Shown piece after piece: positions 50,103-60,051 of a DNA stretch of 64,000 nucleotides (its first letter is position 1; the number at the start of each line of letters is the position of its first letter). The position numbers were made by a program, and so were the translations under genes. This DNA comes from Polyangiaceae bacterium (GTDB lineage Bacteria > Myxococcota_A > Polyangia > Polyangiales > Polyangiaceae), in NCBI GenBank assembly GCA_050287085.1, contig JBNKBE010000011.1:138240-202239 (forward strand), in the 5' to 3' direction. The notes under the pieces are model-generated. The model saw only the letters and a list, made by a program, of their open reading frames with translations. It made no database searches and was not told the DNA's origin.

Positions 50103-50910
50103 ACTCCTCCTTGCCAGGCGCTTCATCGCTTCCACCCTGCTGTTCGGATTCTTGCCCTCGCTCTTGGGTACTCTGCGGCGTCCTGCTGCTGTCGTTCGGC
50201 GGTAGGGATAGTGGTGCTATCGGAAACACGCCCGGTGCCCGGCTGGTGTGCGAGGCCTGCGCTCTCAACAGAGCCAGCACTGCCGATGCGCCGGGCAAAG
50301 GTCCGTCTTGTGCGAAGGACGACACTGTCTCAGGTACGCGCGCGGTACCTCGCTCGGCTCTTGCTTTCTCGGCCCTCTCCTCGAGGGAGTCCGCAATCTT
50401 CGAGCCGCGGAGCAGACCGAAGGTGGGGCTCGCCTTGATGATTCGTCCGCTCATGTCCACGGCGACGTCGTTTCCGCGTACGGTCGTGAGCCTGAGCAGC
50501 GCGTCGCGCTCAGGAAGTAGCGGGCTAACATAGTAGTCCGACCGAAGAGTGAATATATAGCGATCTCCGACGACTAGCGCCGGGACATTGCTGAATGTTT
50601 GGCGTTGACCGTCTGGCGTTACCCCGCCGCGAAACACCAAGTCGACTGTCTCACCTGAGGGTTCCTGACCCCGCACTTTTTCGACCTGTCCAAGGTGGAC
50701 AACTGTGAGCGGATTGTCGGGATCGTCACTCGCCCGTTCGTCGATTGACACGACGGTTCCAACGACGACGGCGTCGCTCCGTTGTACCATCGTTGAACTG
50801 TCTGCGGGTCGTGGCTTCCAGGCGAAGGCCGCTGCACTCAGCGTGGCTAGTGATACCGCTAGCAGCCCACCACTCCATTTGTGTCGTACTCCCATTGCAT
50901 CTCCTTGCAC
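50092..50910 (-). CDS. Secreted hypothetical protein (protease-associated beta domain)
   Basis: Signal peptide; SDAVVVGTV..V..VEKVRG..RGG..P.L.VGDRYI; overlaps protease start. Confidence 0.72.
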   Translation of the reverse strand: MQGDAMGVRHKWSGGLLAVSLATLSAAAFAWKPRPADSSTMVQRSDAVVVGTVVSIDERASDDPDNPLTVVHLGQVEKVRGQEPSGETVDLVFRGGVTPDGQRQTFSNVPALVVGDRYIFTLRSDYYVSPLLPERDALLRLTTVRGNDVAVDMSGRIIKASPTFGLLRGSKIADSLEERAEKARAERGTARVPETVSSFAQDGPLPGASAVLALLRAQASHTSRAPGVFPIAPLSLPPNDSSRTPQSTQERGQESEQQGGSDEAPGKEESDE

Positions 50911-50967
50911 TCCCCCGCTCTGTGCGCCGGAGTCTCGCTCCTAGCAATCCTGGATTGGTACCGTCAA

Positions 50968-51680
50968 CTACCGTGGGGTCCCGGAACGTGTCAACGAGTT
51001 GGAGACAGACGGTTGTTGAATATAGGCGGCGTCCTCCGTGTACGGACCGCCTGTCACGGCGCGTGCATCGCGCGAGCCGTCTGAGGTCACGCCCGCACGC
51101 CCCGCGCCAGGCTCAGGTTTGTTGATCCAGACGGCGCGTTCGGGGCGTCGTGCCAGCGGACGGCCCAGCGGAAACCGTTCAGGATGGGCGACGAAGGCCT
51201 TGTCGAGCACACTCTGGCGCTCGATGACGCGCTGTTCGGTACGACCGTAGTGTACATCTGAAGGCGTCAGAAGCTCAAGTCCGCTGTGGTGGTGCTCATT
51301 ATTGTACCAGGAGAAGAAGTCTTGGCTGAAGGCACGAGCATCCTCGATGCAGCCGAAGCGAGTTGGAAAATCAGGGCGATACTTCATCGTCTTGAAGTGC
51401 GACTCACTGAATGGGTTATCGTCCGACACGTGCGGCCGAGAATGGGTCCTCGTTACCCCGAGGTCCGCAAGTAGAAATGCCACGCACTTCGACTTCATCG
51501 ATGACCCCCTGTCAGCATGAAGCGTGAGTTGCTCTGGCTTTACGCCTTGGCGCAGATAGGTTTCGGAGATGAGCTTACGTGCCAGGGTCGCGCTTTCGCG
51601 ATGCGCGACCATCCAGCCAACCACGTAGCGACTGAACACGTCCAGAATCACGTAGAGGTAGAAGTAGCTCCACTCCCCAG
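50968..51680 (-). mobile_element. IS3-family transposase C-terminal (integrase core) fragment with right end near 50989
   Basis: YLYVILDVFSRYVVGW, LHADRGS, SRPHVSDDNPFSES.FKT.KY, WYN..HHHS; terminal TGTCAA. Confidence 0.9.
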
Positions 51681-52003
51681 CCGCACATGGCGGCGGGTTT
51701 ATGCTGACTGACCCGTGGGAGCCTGGGGCGAGCGACAGCGCGTTCGAAAGCGGCGCGGAAATAGAAGACCCGTGGGCGGAGCCGCCGATCAGTGAGTTAG
51801 CGCTATTAACAGATCCCTGGCCCGCAAGACCGGAGCCTGAGGTGAACGCAGAGCACTCGGCGGCTGACTTGAACGTTCCAGCGGATGTGGATGCACCGTG
51901 GCGCAGCGCTGAGCCACTGCTGCCTGCTCCTTAGATTGGTCTAGGTGCGGAAGTGGGGGACGGCTGCGGGGTCGTGCATTAGGTCCAGCACGCCCCAGTC
52001 GCG

Positions 52004-53815
52004 TCAGTTGCAGACGGCGCTGTCGTCGTTGTCGTAGGAGCCGTAGTACCCCGCGTAATCGACGAGCTGCTGCAGCAGCGCGTCCGCGGCGCACTGGGGC
52101 AGGACGGGGTTTTGCCTCAAGAAAAGGAATTCACCACCGCTCGCCCCTAGGGAGCTAAGCTTCGCGAGACCGCTGAGGCTTGCGAGGGTGCTGTTATTTT
52201 GAACCTTCATGTCTAGGCCGACGGAGACGAGACTGTCGAGACCAGAGAGGCTTGTGAGGGAGGGATCGCTTTCGACGATGAGGCTCCCGCCGATAGAGGT
52301 GACGTTGTCGAGGCCCCTCAGGCTCTCAAGTAGCGGGCTATCCGTGATGGCCAGGTCGCCGCCGACAGAGGTGATGTTTTCGAGTCCCCGTAGGCCTTTG
52401 AGGACCGGGTTGTAGGAGAGCGATAGGGCCCCGAGGCTTGTGAGCTTGCGAAAGGGAGTGAGATCCATGAGCACGGGGTTCGAGCTGATCGCCAGGGCCC
52501 CGACAGAGGTGAGGTGTTCGAGGGGGCTCAGGTCGTCAACGGGTGGAACGCGCATGGTCTCCCCCACGGAGGTGAGGTTTTCGAGCCCTTTGAGGCTGGT
52601 AAGAGAGTTAGCAGTCAGGGAGCCCCCGATCGTGGTGAGGTTTCCGAGACCGGCGAAGCTCGTGATTCGGGTGTCCTGGATGAAAAGATCGTCGCCGATT
52701 GAGCTGAGCCTTTCAAGGCCGGCTAGGCTCTCGAGAGCGGGGTTGTTCTCCAAGGTCAGAGAGCTACCGATATTCGTGAGACTTGAGAGGCCGCTGAGGC
52801 TGGTGAGAGTCGAGGACAAGCGGACCCAGAAGTCGCCCCCGACTGCGGTGAGCTTGCCGAGGCCGCTCAGACTTTTGAGCGATTCAGGGTTTTGAATTAG
52901 CAGTCGCCCGGTAACAATGGTGAGATTGTTGAGGCCGCTCAGACTCTCGAAGGCGCTTGACCCAATCGCTAGGTCACCAACGCAGGTCAGGTTTTTGAGA
53001 GCGTCCAGGCTTCCGAGCGCGGTATTGCCGGCGATTGCTAGGCCGCCTGGAAGGGAGGTGAGTTCGAGGCCGTCGAGGCTCTCCAACCCTTCGTTCAGCC
53101 GGACTTCCAGAAAGCCCCCAATGAAAGCGAGACTCTCGAGACCGCCCAGATCCCTAAGCGCCGTGTTGCCGAACCGCATGCCATTCTCGTCCGTCACGGG
53201 CCCCAATGTCAGGTCGCCGGCGACCGACGTCAGATTGCGGAGCCCGTCGAGGCTCGTCAGCGAAGCGTTGCCGAGGAGCGCCAGGTTGCCGCCGACGGCA
53301 ATGAGCGCTTCGAGGTCGCTCAGGCTTTCGAGGTCCAGCACTCGGATGTCCAAGTCACCGCTGATGGAGGTGCAGCCGCGCAGGCTCGCGAGATCCGCTT
53401 TTGACATAATCATGAACGAACCGTCGCATGGCTGAGCGTCAGCGATGCATTCGCCGATGACGCACGGGTTGACCGCGTCGCAGGTGAGGTCTGGCATGGG
53501 GGACGCGCCGCGGGTTCCGGCCTCGGCACCTCCACTGCCGATACCGTACGCCGGAGAGCCGCCAGCGCCGTCTTCGTCAGCATGGGAGATGGACATGCCG
53601 CCCGCGAGCTCGCTGCCCGCATTTCCGCTCCCGCCGTCTCCAGCGACATCTTGTTCAGCCCATTCTGCACCACCGGCTGGTCCAGTGCCATCAGCCGCCC
53701 CAGAGCCATTCGCCGCAGAAGCTTTGGAACTACTCTGTCCGCAGGCGCCTACCCAAGGGACGCCACTCAAGACCAAAAGTAGTGACCACGACCTGCGAAC
53801 GGGCATTAGACTCAT
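52004..53815 (-). CDS. Lipoprotein with receptor-L/leucine-rich repeat solenoid
   Basis: VGAC lipobox; >15 repeats of NxxLxSLxGLxxLxxVGGxLxI; LPQC cap. Confidence 0.88.
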   Translation of the reverse strand: MSLMPVRRSWSLLLVLSGVPWVGACGQSSSKASAANGSGAADGTGPAGGAEWAEQDVAGDGGSGNAGSELAGGMSISHADEDGAGGSPAYGIGSGGAEAGTRGASPMPDLTCDAVNPCVIGECIADAQPCDGSFMIMSKADLASLRGCTSISGDLDIRVLDLESLSDLEALIAVGGNLALLGNASLTSLDGLRNLTSVAGDLTLGPVTDENGMRFGNTALRDLGGLESLAFIGGFLEVRLNEGLESLDGLELTSLPGGLAIAGNTALGSLDALKNLTCVGDLAIGSSAFESLSGLNNLTIVTGRLLIQNPESLKSLSGLGKLTAVGGDFWVRLSSTLTSLSGLSSLTNIGSSLTLENNPALESLAGLERLSSIGDDLFIQDTRITSFAGLGNLTTIGGSLTANSLTSLKGLENLTSVGETMRVPPVDDLSPLEHLTSVGALAISSNPVLMDLTPFRKLTSLGALSLSYNPVLKGLRGLENITSVGGDLAITDSPLLESLRGLDNVTSIGGSLIVESDPSLTSLSGLDSLVSVGLDMKVQNNSTLASLSGLAKLSSLGASGGEFLFLRQNPVLPQCAADALLQQLVDYAGYYGSYDNDDSAVCN

Positions 53816-54053
53816 ACTTCGTTCCCTATGCCCGGATACATGGTGTTCACCATACCCTGGCTTCGGGAAATGTCAAAGTTGGCGTGGTCGCTCAACCCGC
53901 GTATGGCTCCGGTCGTCGGCCGCAGGTCGCTCCAATCCGGGTGTGTCCACCTGTGGCGCCAAAACGCAGCACTAGCCGAACCCCGGCAGGCACCTCGCGC
54001 CGCAGGCCGGGTTACAGCTCTTGTTGCAGGAGCGGGTCTGACAACGAATCCTC

Positions 54054-54878
54054 TTGGGGGAGCGGGTCTGCCAAAGAGTCTTCTGCCAAGTCGGCGAATT
54101 AGTTCTGAGCTCGGATAGGCGGAATCTGAAGGCTGCTGTTGCGAGCCGAAAACCCTTAGGTGGGTACGATCTTCACTTGAACCGCGGCACGCCGACGAAA
54201 AAACAGCGTCGACCGCAGCGGCCTCGCCGTATGGTGGTACGCGCCAAGAAAGTGAACATCAGGCTTACCGACTGGAGAAACCACAAGGGGCAGCACTCGC
54301 AGGACGAGGTCTTCTGGGCCGTGCACCTGAGAGAAAAGCGACCTCCCACCGGTGCAGAGCGACTGGAGTGGTTCCTGCTAACGACCTATCCGGTCAACTC
54401 CCTGGACGACGCGCTTAGAGTTGCACGTGGCTATACGCTGCGTTGGAGAGTCGAGGAGTTCCACAAGACCTGGAAGTCCGGCGCTTGCAGCATCGAAACG
54501 AGCCAGCTTCGCACCTGTGAAAACCTCAAACGATGGGCTACCTTGCTCGCTGCCGTGGCCGCGCGCATAGAACGCTTCAAATACGTTGGTCGAAACCACC
54601 CTGATACGCCGGCAACAGAGATTGCCAGCCGCGAGGAGATCGATGCAGCGATCATTCTCACGAAGCAAGCGACCAAGCAAAGCAAGTGGGAGGTAGGCCA
54701 GCAGATGAACGCTGGGGAATTCGTTTTGCTCGTCGCCAACCTCGGCGGCTACACCGGAAAGTCATCCGGTGGCCCACCTGGGTCGATCGTCCTCAAACGC
54801 GGCCTTGAGCAGGTCGTCCCTGCAGCCGCCGCGCTTCGCGCGGTCCGAGGCAACTGAACGAATGCGATCAATGGTCAG
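54054..54878 (+). mobile_element. IS4-family (IS50/Tn5-like) transposase C-terminal fragment with right inverted repeat (54861-54878)
   Basis: LEWFLLTT, Y..RWRVEEFHKTWKSG (YREK), LGGY..PPG...L.RG; end reads CTGACCATTGATCGCATT on - strand. Confidence 0.88.
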
Positions 54879-55515
54879 CTTCCCAAGACCCCTCCCCCGC
54901 TTCAGCGGGGCCCCCTCCCCAAAAGGACGCGTCGGCGGGGACGGGCGCTGACAGGTCGCTGGCCCTCCGGGCTGCGCGCACTGCTTTGCGCGGTACACTG
55001 ACGTCGCTGGCGAGACGTTCAACGGCCTGGACGGGTCGCTGGCCCTCCGGGCTGCGCGCACTGCCTGTTGCGGATGTGCTTTGGCGCCATCGACCGAGCT
55101 CTTGGCGGATGCGCTGCACGACGGCGCCGAGCGCGGTTTCGACGTCAGCGGCAGGGATGCGCAGCACGCGGTAGCCAGCCGCCGTGAGGCGCCGGTCACG
55201 CTGCGCGTCTGCGCGGCGCCCTGCGTGCCAGCCGCCGTCCACTTCCACGATCAGCCCCACCGCGCTGGCGTAGAAGTCTGCGATGTACCCGCGCAGGACC
55301 ACCTGACGGCGGAATGTTACGCCGAGCTGCCCCGCGCGCAGCGCTTGCCACAGCAGCCACTCCGTTGGCGTGGGCTCCTGGCGCATCCGACGCGCGCGCT
55401 GGCGCAGCAGGCGACGCTGGTGGGAACTGACTTGCCGCCCTTGGGGTTTCGAGTCCCCGCCAAAGCTTCCCTCCCGATGCTCCGCATCGCGTGGGGCCCT
55501 GCTTTGGGGCCCCAC
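54868..55515 (-). CDS. DUF559 (Vsr-like) endonuclease domain protein
   Basis: RARRMR...T..E..LW..LR..QLGV.FRRQ...GYIADF..LIVEVDG.WH..D..RD..L...GYRVLR; true termini uncertain. Confidence 0.88.
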   Translation of the reverse strand: MGPQSRAPRDAEHREGSFGGDSKPQGRQVSSHQRRLLRQRARRMRQEPTPTEWLLWQALRAGQLGVTFRRQVVLRGYIADFYASAVGLIVEVDGGWHAGRRADAQRDRRLTAAGYRVLRIPAADVETALGAVVQRIRQELGRWRQSTSATGSARSPEGQRPVQAVERLASDVSVPRKAVRAARRASDLSAPVPADASFWGGGPAEAGEGSWEADH

Positions 55516-55915
55516 CTGAACCTTCTCGGCTCGTCGCGGGCGGCGCAGGCGCCGTGACGCGCCACAACTTCAGTGACGACTCACTGCAGCCCGCGGCTGC
55601 GCGGCGCGGCGCGTGCGCCACTCGGCAGGACGAACTCGAAACCCCAAGCGCGCTCAACTTGAGCTGGCTGCGCGCCTCGAGACATCTTGCGCTCCGACGA
55701 GCAGCTCACCTTCCCCCGGCTGCCCCCAGCCCAACGGGCGAGGACACCAAGGGGGAAGCAGCAGACCGAAGGGCTGCTGGATGGGGGCTCACCCAGCCGA
55801 AGGCGAGGACGACTTGGGACCTCTACGGCCCGCTTGACCCTCGCAAGACTAGCGCTGAAGACGTTGTACACGATCTTGCTCGTCACGGCGCCCGCTGCCC
55901 GCGGGCCGCTACCGC

Positions 55916-56473
55916 GTGGACACGCCGCGTGCGGCCAGCTCCTTCCGCGTCGTGCCAAGCGCTACCCTGCCGCCGCTGACCCCGCCCAAGGTCAGCCTGG
56001 GGACTGCACGCCGCTGGACCCGGGATCCAGAGCTGGGCGGTAAGCCGCTGGATGCGCGCTGGGCTCAGTCGCTGCGCGTCTCCTACGACCGCGGCATGCT
56101 GGTCGCCGATCACTATCCCCCCGACGCGGAGCCGGCCGTGAACTTGGAGGCGATCGAAGACGACGACGGCGTCCATGGGACGTATTGGATTGGTGATCGA
56201 GGGGGTTGCTCCGAACCCAACGTGGGCCGCGACCGACAGTGCACGGAGCTGCGGGTTCGCTTCGGAGCGCTCGCGGGCAACGGGGACTTCTCGGGCTGGA
56301 CCGAGTGGACCGCTGTAGCCGTACCGGGTGCAACACTGTGCAGCGTTGGCACGAGCAAGATGGTGGACGCCGAGGCTCGCCGGAGCGTGGGTGTTGGCGC
56401 TCGCCAGCCTGGACCTCGGAATCCCTCCGAAGCGGCGGCTGCAGTTTCGGCATGGGTGCGGCGAAGCTCGTAG
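55916..56473 (+). pseudogene. Remnant of a secreted protein C-terminus with Cys/TM sorting-like tail
   Basis: AGNGDFSGW..CSV then hydrophobic residues in a shifted frame; no convincing N-terminus. Confidence 0.35.
56279..56405. repeat. ~127-bp dispersed direct repeat, copy 1
   Basis: Near-identical to 63354-63479. Confidence 0.9.
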
Positions 56474-56967
56474 GCGACGTCGCCCGTGCTGAGGGGACCT
56501 CGACAATGTTCTACGTGAGGCTGGGCGGGACCATGCCGTATTTGACACGGTGAGCAGATGCGACAAGCCGAGATGGTCTCGTGGGCACCTCACTCCCGAA
56601 AACCCATGCGTCGTTCCGCTTTCGCATACTCCCATCGCACATGGCTTTTCAACGGCGCGCCACTGTGCGCTGGCAGCCTGAGCGGCACGCTGCTCGGCTG
56701 GGTCGCTTGGGTTCCGCTCATCGGAGCGCTGTTATCGAATGCGTCCGCATTGTCGACCCGGGCTGTCGTCGTCGACCGCTGAGTTTGGGCGCGACAGATA
56801 GTTACGCGGCCTCCCGCATAGCGTTTCGGAACATTCTTCTTCCCGCGCGCGCTGCGCACTCGTGAAGCCGGCGAGCGAGGGCGTCCGTCGTGTGAAGCTA
56901 GACCGTGAGAACCAGGGACTCGTGGAGATTTCGGGTACGCTCAAAGAGACGTTGAGAACGGCTGAGC

Positions 56968-57420
56968 TCAGTCATTCCCCTCGGTCAAGAGCGCGATGTC
57001 GGCGAGATCCTTCGGACGCCCCGAAGCACGCTTGTTCTTGAGCAGTCCGTCGCGGCCGAGGAACCCAACTTCCTGGTCTCCGAACTCGGCGACCAGCCGT
57101 TCATCCCAGGCTTCTGGGAAGGTGAGCCCATCAACGCTGGTCATGACATCGATCCGCAGCGGAGGACGACCGAGCGTGGCCATTCGCTCTGGCGTAGAAA
57201 ACTCTTCAACTGCATTCGCTAACGCAGGAAATCCAAATTCGCCGAGGGCCGCGCAGAGTCGAGTTGCGTTTTCCTTGGTCGGTTCAATCCAGAAGTCAAT
57301 GTCCTGAGTTGCCCTCGGGCGGCCGTGCGCCGCCAACGCATGAGCTCCGACGATGAGGAACCTAACGCGATGGGCGCACAGTAAGCTGATAAACTCGCTC
57401 CAGTCGGGCGGCAGCTTCAT
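56968..57420 (-). CDS. Nucleotidyltransferase-fold protein (DUF6036/AbiEii-like)
   Basis: FLIVGAHAL..HG.PRATQDIDFW, RIDVMT, L.KNKRA.GRPKDLAD. Confidence 0.85.
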   Translation of the reverse strand: MKLPPDWSEFISLLCAHRVRFLIVGAHALAAHGRPRATQDIDFWIEPTKENATRLCAALGEFGFPALANAVEEFSTPERMATLGRPPLRIDVMTSVDGLTFPEAWDERLVAEFGDQEVGFLGRDGLLKNKRASGRPKDLADIALLTEGND

Positions 57421-57556
57421 GGTCGTAGATCCCCAGAGTGACCTCCCTGAGCGTTTCCACGGCGGACACTCTGTCGACAACGCTCTGCTCGGCCCAGTAG
57501 GCAACCTCGCTTCGAACAGCGTCTTTCGGTGTTGTCCATTCAAACACTTTCTCCAT
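57362..57556 (-). CDS. Small hypothetical partner of the nucleotidyltransferase
   Basis: 64 aa, YW...S..DRV.AVE.LR...RLERV; overlaps NTase start. Confidence 0.7.
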   Translation of the reverse strand: MEKVFEWTTPKDAVRSEVAYWAEQSVVDRVSAVETLREVTLGIYDHEAAARLERVYQLTVRPSR

Positions 57557-57804
57557 GGTTCGCGTTAGCCTAGCCCGGCGTGAGCAGCGGGTCACGCAGC
57601 AAGCCGAAAGTCCACCACTGCGGTTGTAATTTCTTCTACCCGGGATTCGGGAAGGACGCTCCCGCTTCGCGGTCGCTTACCAGAGCGAATCGTTACGCGG
57701 TTTCGGGGGAGACGGCGCGCGCAGACCTCGGGGTTTTAGGGGGCGGCGCGGGGAAGTCGTGGTGCGACGTCGCGATCAGAGGTGCTTTCGCGTCAGCGTG
57801 CGAG

Positions 57805-58050
57805 CTGTTGGCGAATGCGCGCAACGACCGCGCCGAGCGCGGTTTCGACTTCAGCGGCAGGGATGCGCAGCACGCGGTAGCCCGCCGCCGTGAGGCGCCG
57901 GCCACGCTGCGCGTCTGCGCGGCGCCCTGCGTGCCAGCCGCCGTCTACTTCCACGATGAGCTGCACCTCCGATGCGTAGAAGTCCGCGATGTACCCTTCA
58001 GTGACGACTCACTGCAGCCCGCGGCTGCGCGGCGCGGCGCGTGCGCCCCC
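57805..58050 (-). pseudogene. Second, internally deleted copy of the DUF559 module
   Basis: 57810-57997 matches 55104-55290 and 57998-58048 matches 55569-55619. Confidence 0.85.
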
Positions 58051-58413
58051 AGCAGGACGGACTCAAAACTCCAACGGCAGCCTCGCCGACCCGGCGAGTC
58101 CGGCCAAGACAGCTTGCGAGGCGACGCCAAGATCAACTTCCCCCGGCGCCCGCAGCCCGCAGGGCGAGGACGACTCCTCAGACGCGGCCCTTCGGCAGCC
58201 TTGCCCGCTCTTCGAGCCGGCACGTGAGGTGGCATCGGAAAGGGCGGCAACGCTACCACGGGCCAGCGCAGCGCGTCTGCCCCCCGAGCACCCTGGGGCC
58301 CGCGACGCTCCCTCGGGCCGGAGTGTGCGCTCCGTCGCAAGCGAACTCCGCTCCGCAAGGGTTGCCGCCCGTGCCATACTACCCTCCCAACACGCACAGC
58401 CTGCGAGGGACCG

Positions 58414-60000
58414 ATGCACTTGGGAATCGACTTTGGAACGACGCGCACCGTGGTGGCGGTCGCGGATCGCGGCAACTACCCGCTGGTGACGTTCACGGGC
58501 CACGAGGGCGCGCTCTACGACTACTACCCGAGCGTCATCGCCGACGACGGGACCGAGCTCCGTTTTGGCTTCGATGCACTGGCTCTGGAGGGGCAACCCG
58601 GCTGGGAGCTCTACCGCTCCTTCAAGCGCGTGCTGTACACGAGCGAGGGCGGTTTCGACCGTGCGGTCCGTCTCAACGGACGCGAGCTCTTGGCCGTCGA
58701 CGTCATCGCACAGTTCCTCGAGCAGTTGGCGCTCGACTTGAAAGGGCGCTCGAATCTGGAGACTACGGCACCGATCCAAGAGCTGCCGACCGTGCTCGCT
58801 GTGCCTGCGAACGCCCACAGCGCCGCGCGGCTGATCACGCTGGAGGCGTTTCGCATGGCCGGCTACTCCGTGATCGCGATGCTGAACGAGCCGTCCGCCG
58901 CCGGTATCGAATACGCTCACCGCTACCACTCCAGTCTGACGTCCAAGCGCGACAACGTGATGGTCTACGACATGGGGGGCGGCACCTTCGACAGCACGCT
59001 GGTGCTCATGCGCGACCACAAGCACGACGTACTGCTGAGCCGAGGCCTCGGGCGGCTTGGCGGCGACGACTTCGATGAGGCGCTGCTCAAGCTGACCCTG
59101 GAGCGCTGCAGCTCTCCGACGGCCGAGCTGTCCCACGCTGCGCGGGAGCGCCTGAAGAACCACTGTCGCGAGCAGAAAGAGAAGATCCACCCCAACACGC
59201 GCCGGATCCTGATTGAGCTCGGGGCTCAGCTGACCGCGGATGAACGCGGGGCGCTTGGCGTCGAGGAAGACGCCGTCGTCATGATCCCGGTGGAGGACTA
59301 CGAACAGCTCTGCGCGCCCTTGATCGACCGCACGCTGGGCGTGCTCGAGCAGCTCCAATCGGATTGGAGCAAAGAGCTGGGCCGCGACGTCATGCCGGAG
59401 ATCGCCGGTCTGTACGTCGTGGGCGGCGCTAGCTCCTTGCCGGTGGTCCTGCGCCGGTTGCGCGACGTCTACGGTCGCCGCGTGCACCGGTCCACGTATC
59501 CATCGGGCGCGATCGCCATCGGTCTGGCCATCGCGCTCGATCGCGAGGCGGGCTACGAGATGACCGAGCGCTTCTCGCGGCAGTTCGGTGTGTTCCGGGA
59601 GACCCAGTGCGGCGAAGCCGTCGCCTTCGACGTGATCTTCGACGGCTCCACGGTGCTGCCCGAGCGCGGCGGCCGCACGGAGAGCGTGCGTCGTTACCCT
59701 GCGACCCACAACCTAGGACACTACCGCTACGTAGAATGCGGCTGGCTGGATGCGGCGGGCGCCCCCAGCGGGGACATCACGTCCTTCGCCAACATCCGCT
59801 TTCCGTTCGACCCAGGGCTGCGGGCGCACGGCGACCTCGCTGGCGTGCCGGTCTCCCGCGCCGCTCACGCCTACTGCGAGGTAGAAGAGATCTACCGCGT
59901 TGACGACAGCGGCGTGGTCGATCTCACGATCCGCGACGTAGGGAGCGGTTTTGCCAAGCACCATCGCTTCCAGCACGGCGGCGCGGTTGCCAGCCCGTGA
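58414..60000 (+). CDS. Hsp70-family ATPase (non-canonical, no DnaK-type lid)
   Basis: GIDFGTT, VPA, LNEPSAA, YDMGGGTFD, LGGDDFD, VGGASSLP. Confidence 0.93.
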   Translation: MHLGIDFGTTRTVVAVADRGNYPLVTFTGHEGALYDYYPSVIADDGTELRFGFDALALEGQPGWELYRSFKRVLYTSEGGFDRAVRLNGRELLAVDVIAQFLEQLALDLKGRSNLETTAPIQELPTVLAVPANAHSAARLITLEAFRMAGYSVIAMLNEPSAAGIEYAHRYHSSLTSKRDNVMVYDMGGGTFDSTLVLMRDHKHDVLLSRGLGRLGGDDFDEALLKLTLERCSSPTAELSHAARERLKNHCREQKEKIHPNTRRILIELGAQLTADERGALGVEEDAVVMIPVEDYEQLCAPLIDRTLGVLEQLQSDWSKELGRDVMPEIAGLYVVGGASSLPVVLRRLRDVYGRRVHRSTYPSGAIAIGLAIALDREAGYEMTERFSRQFGVFRETQCGEAVAFDVIFDGSTVLPERGGRTESVRRYPATHNLGHYRYVECGWLDAAGAPSGDITSFANIRFPFDPGLRAHGDLAGVPVSRAAHAYCEVEEIYRVDDSGVVDLTIRDVGSGFAKHHRFQHGGAVASP

Positions 60001-60051
60001 GGCAAGCGCACGCGCCCCTCGGGCAGTGCATTTGCGGTGCTGCGGCGACGC

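Noticed and set aside
51701..51934. Short ORF with DPW repeats
   Set aside because: Abuts the truncated IS3 fragment and is probably a gene remnant; no function supportable
58063..59709. 548-aa minus-strand ORF
   Set aside because: Antisense shadow of the Hsp70 gene, a well-known artefact opposite dnaK-like genes in high-GC DNA
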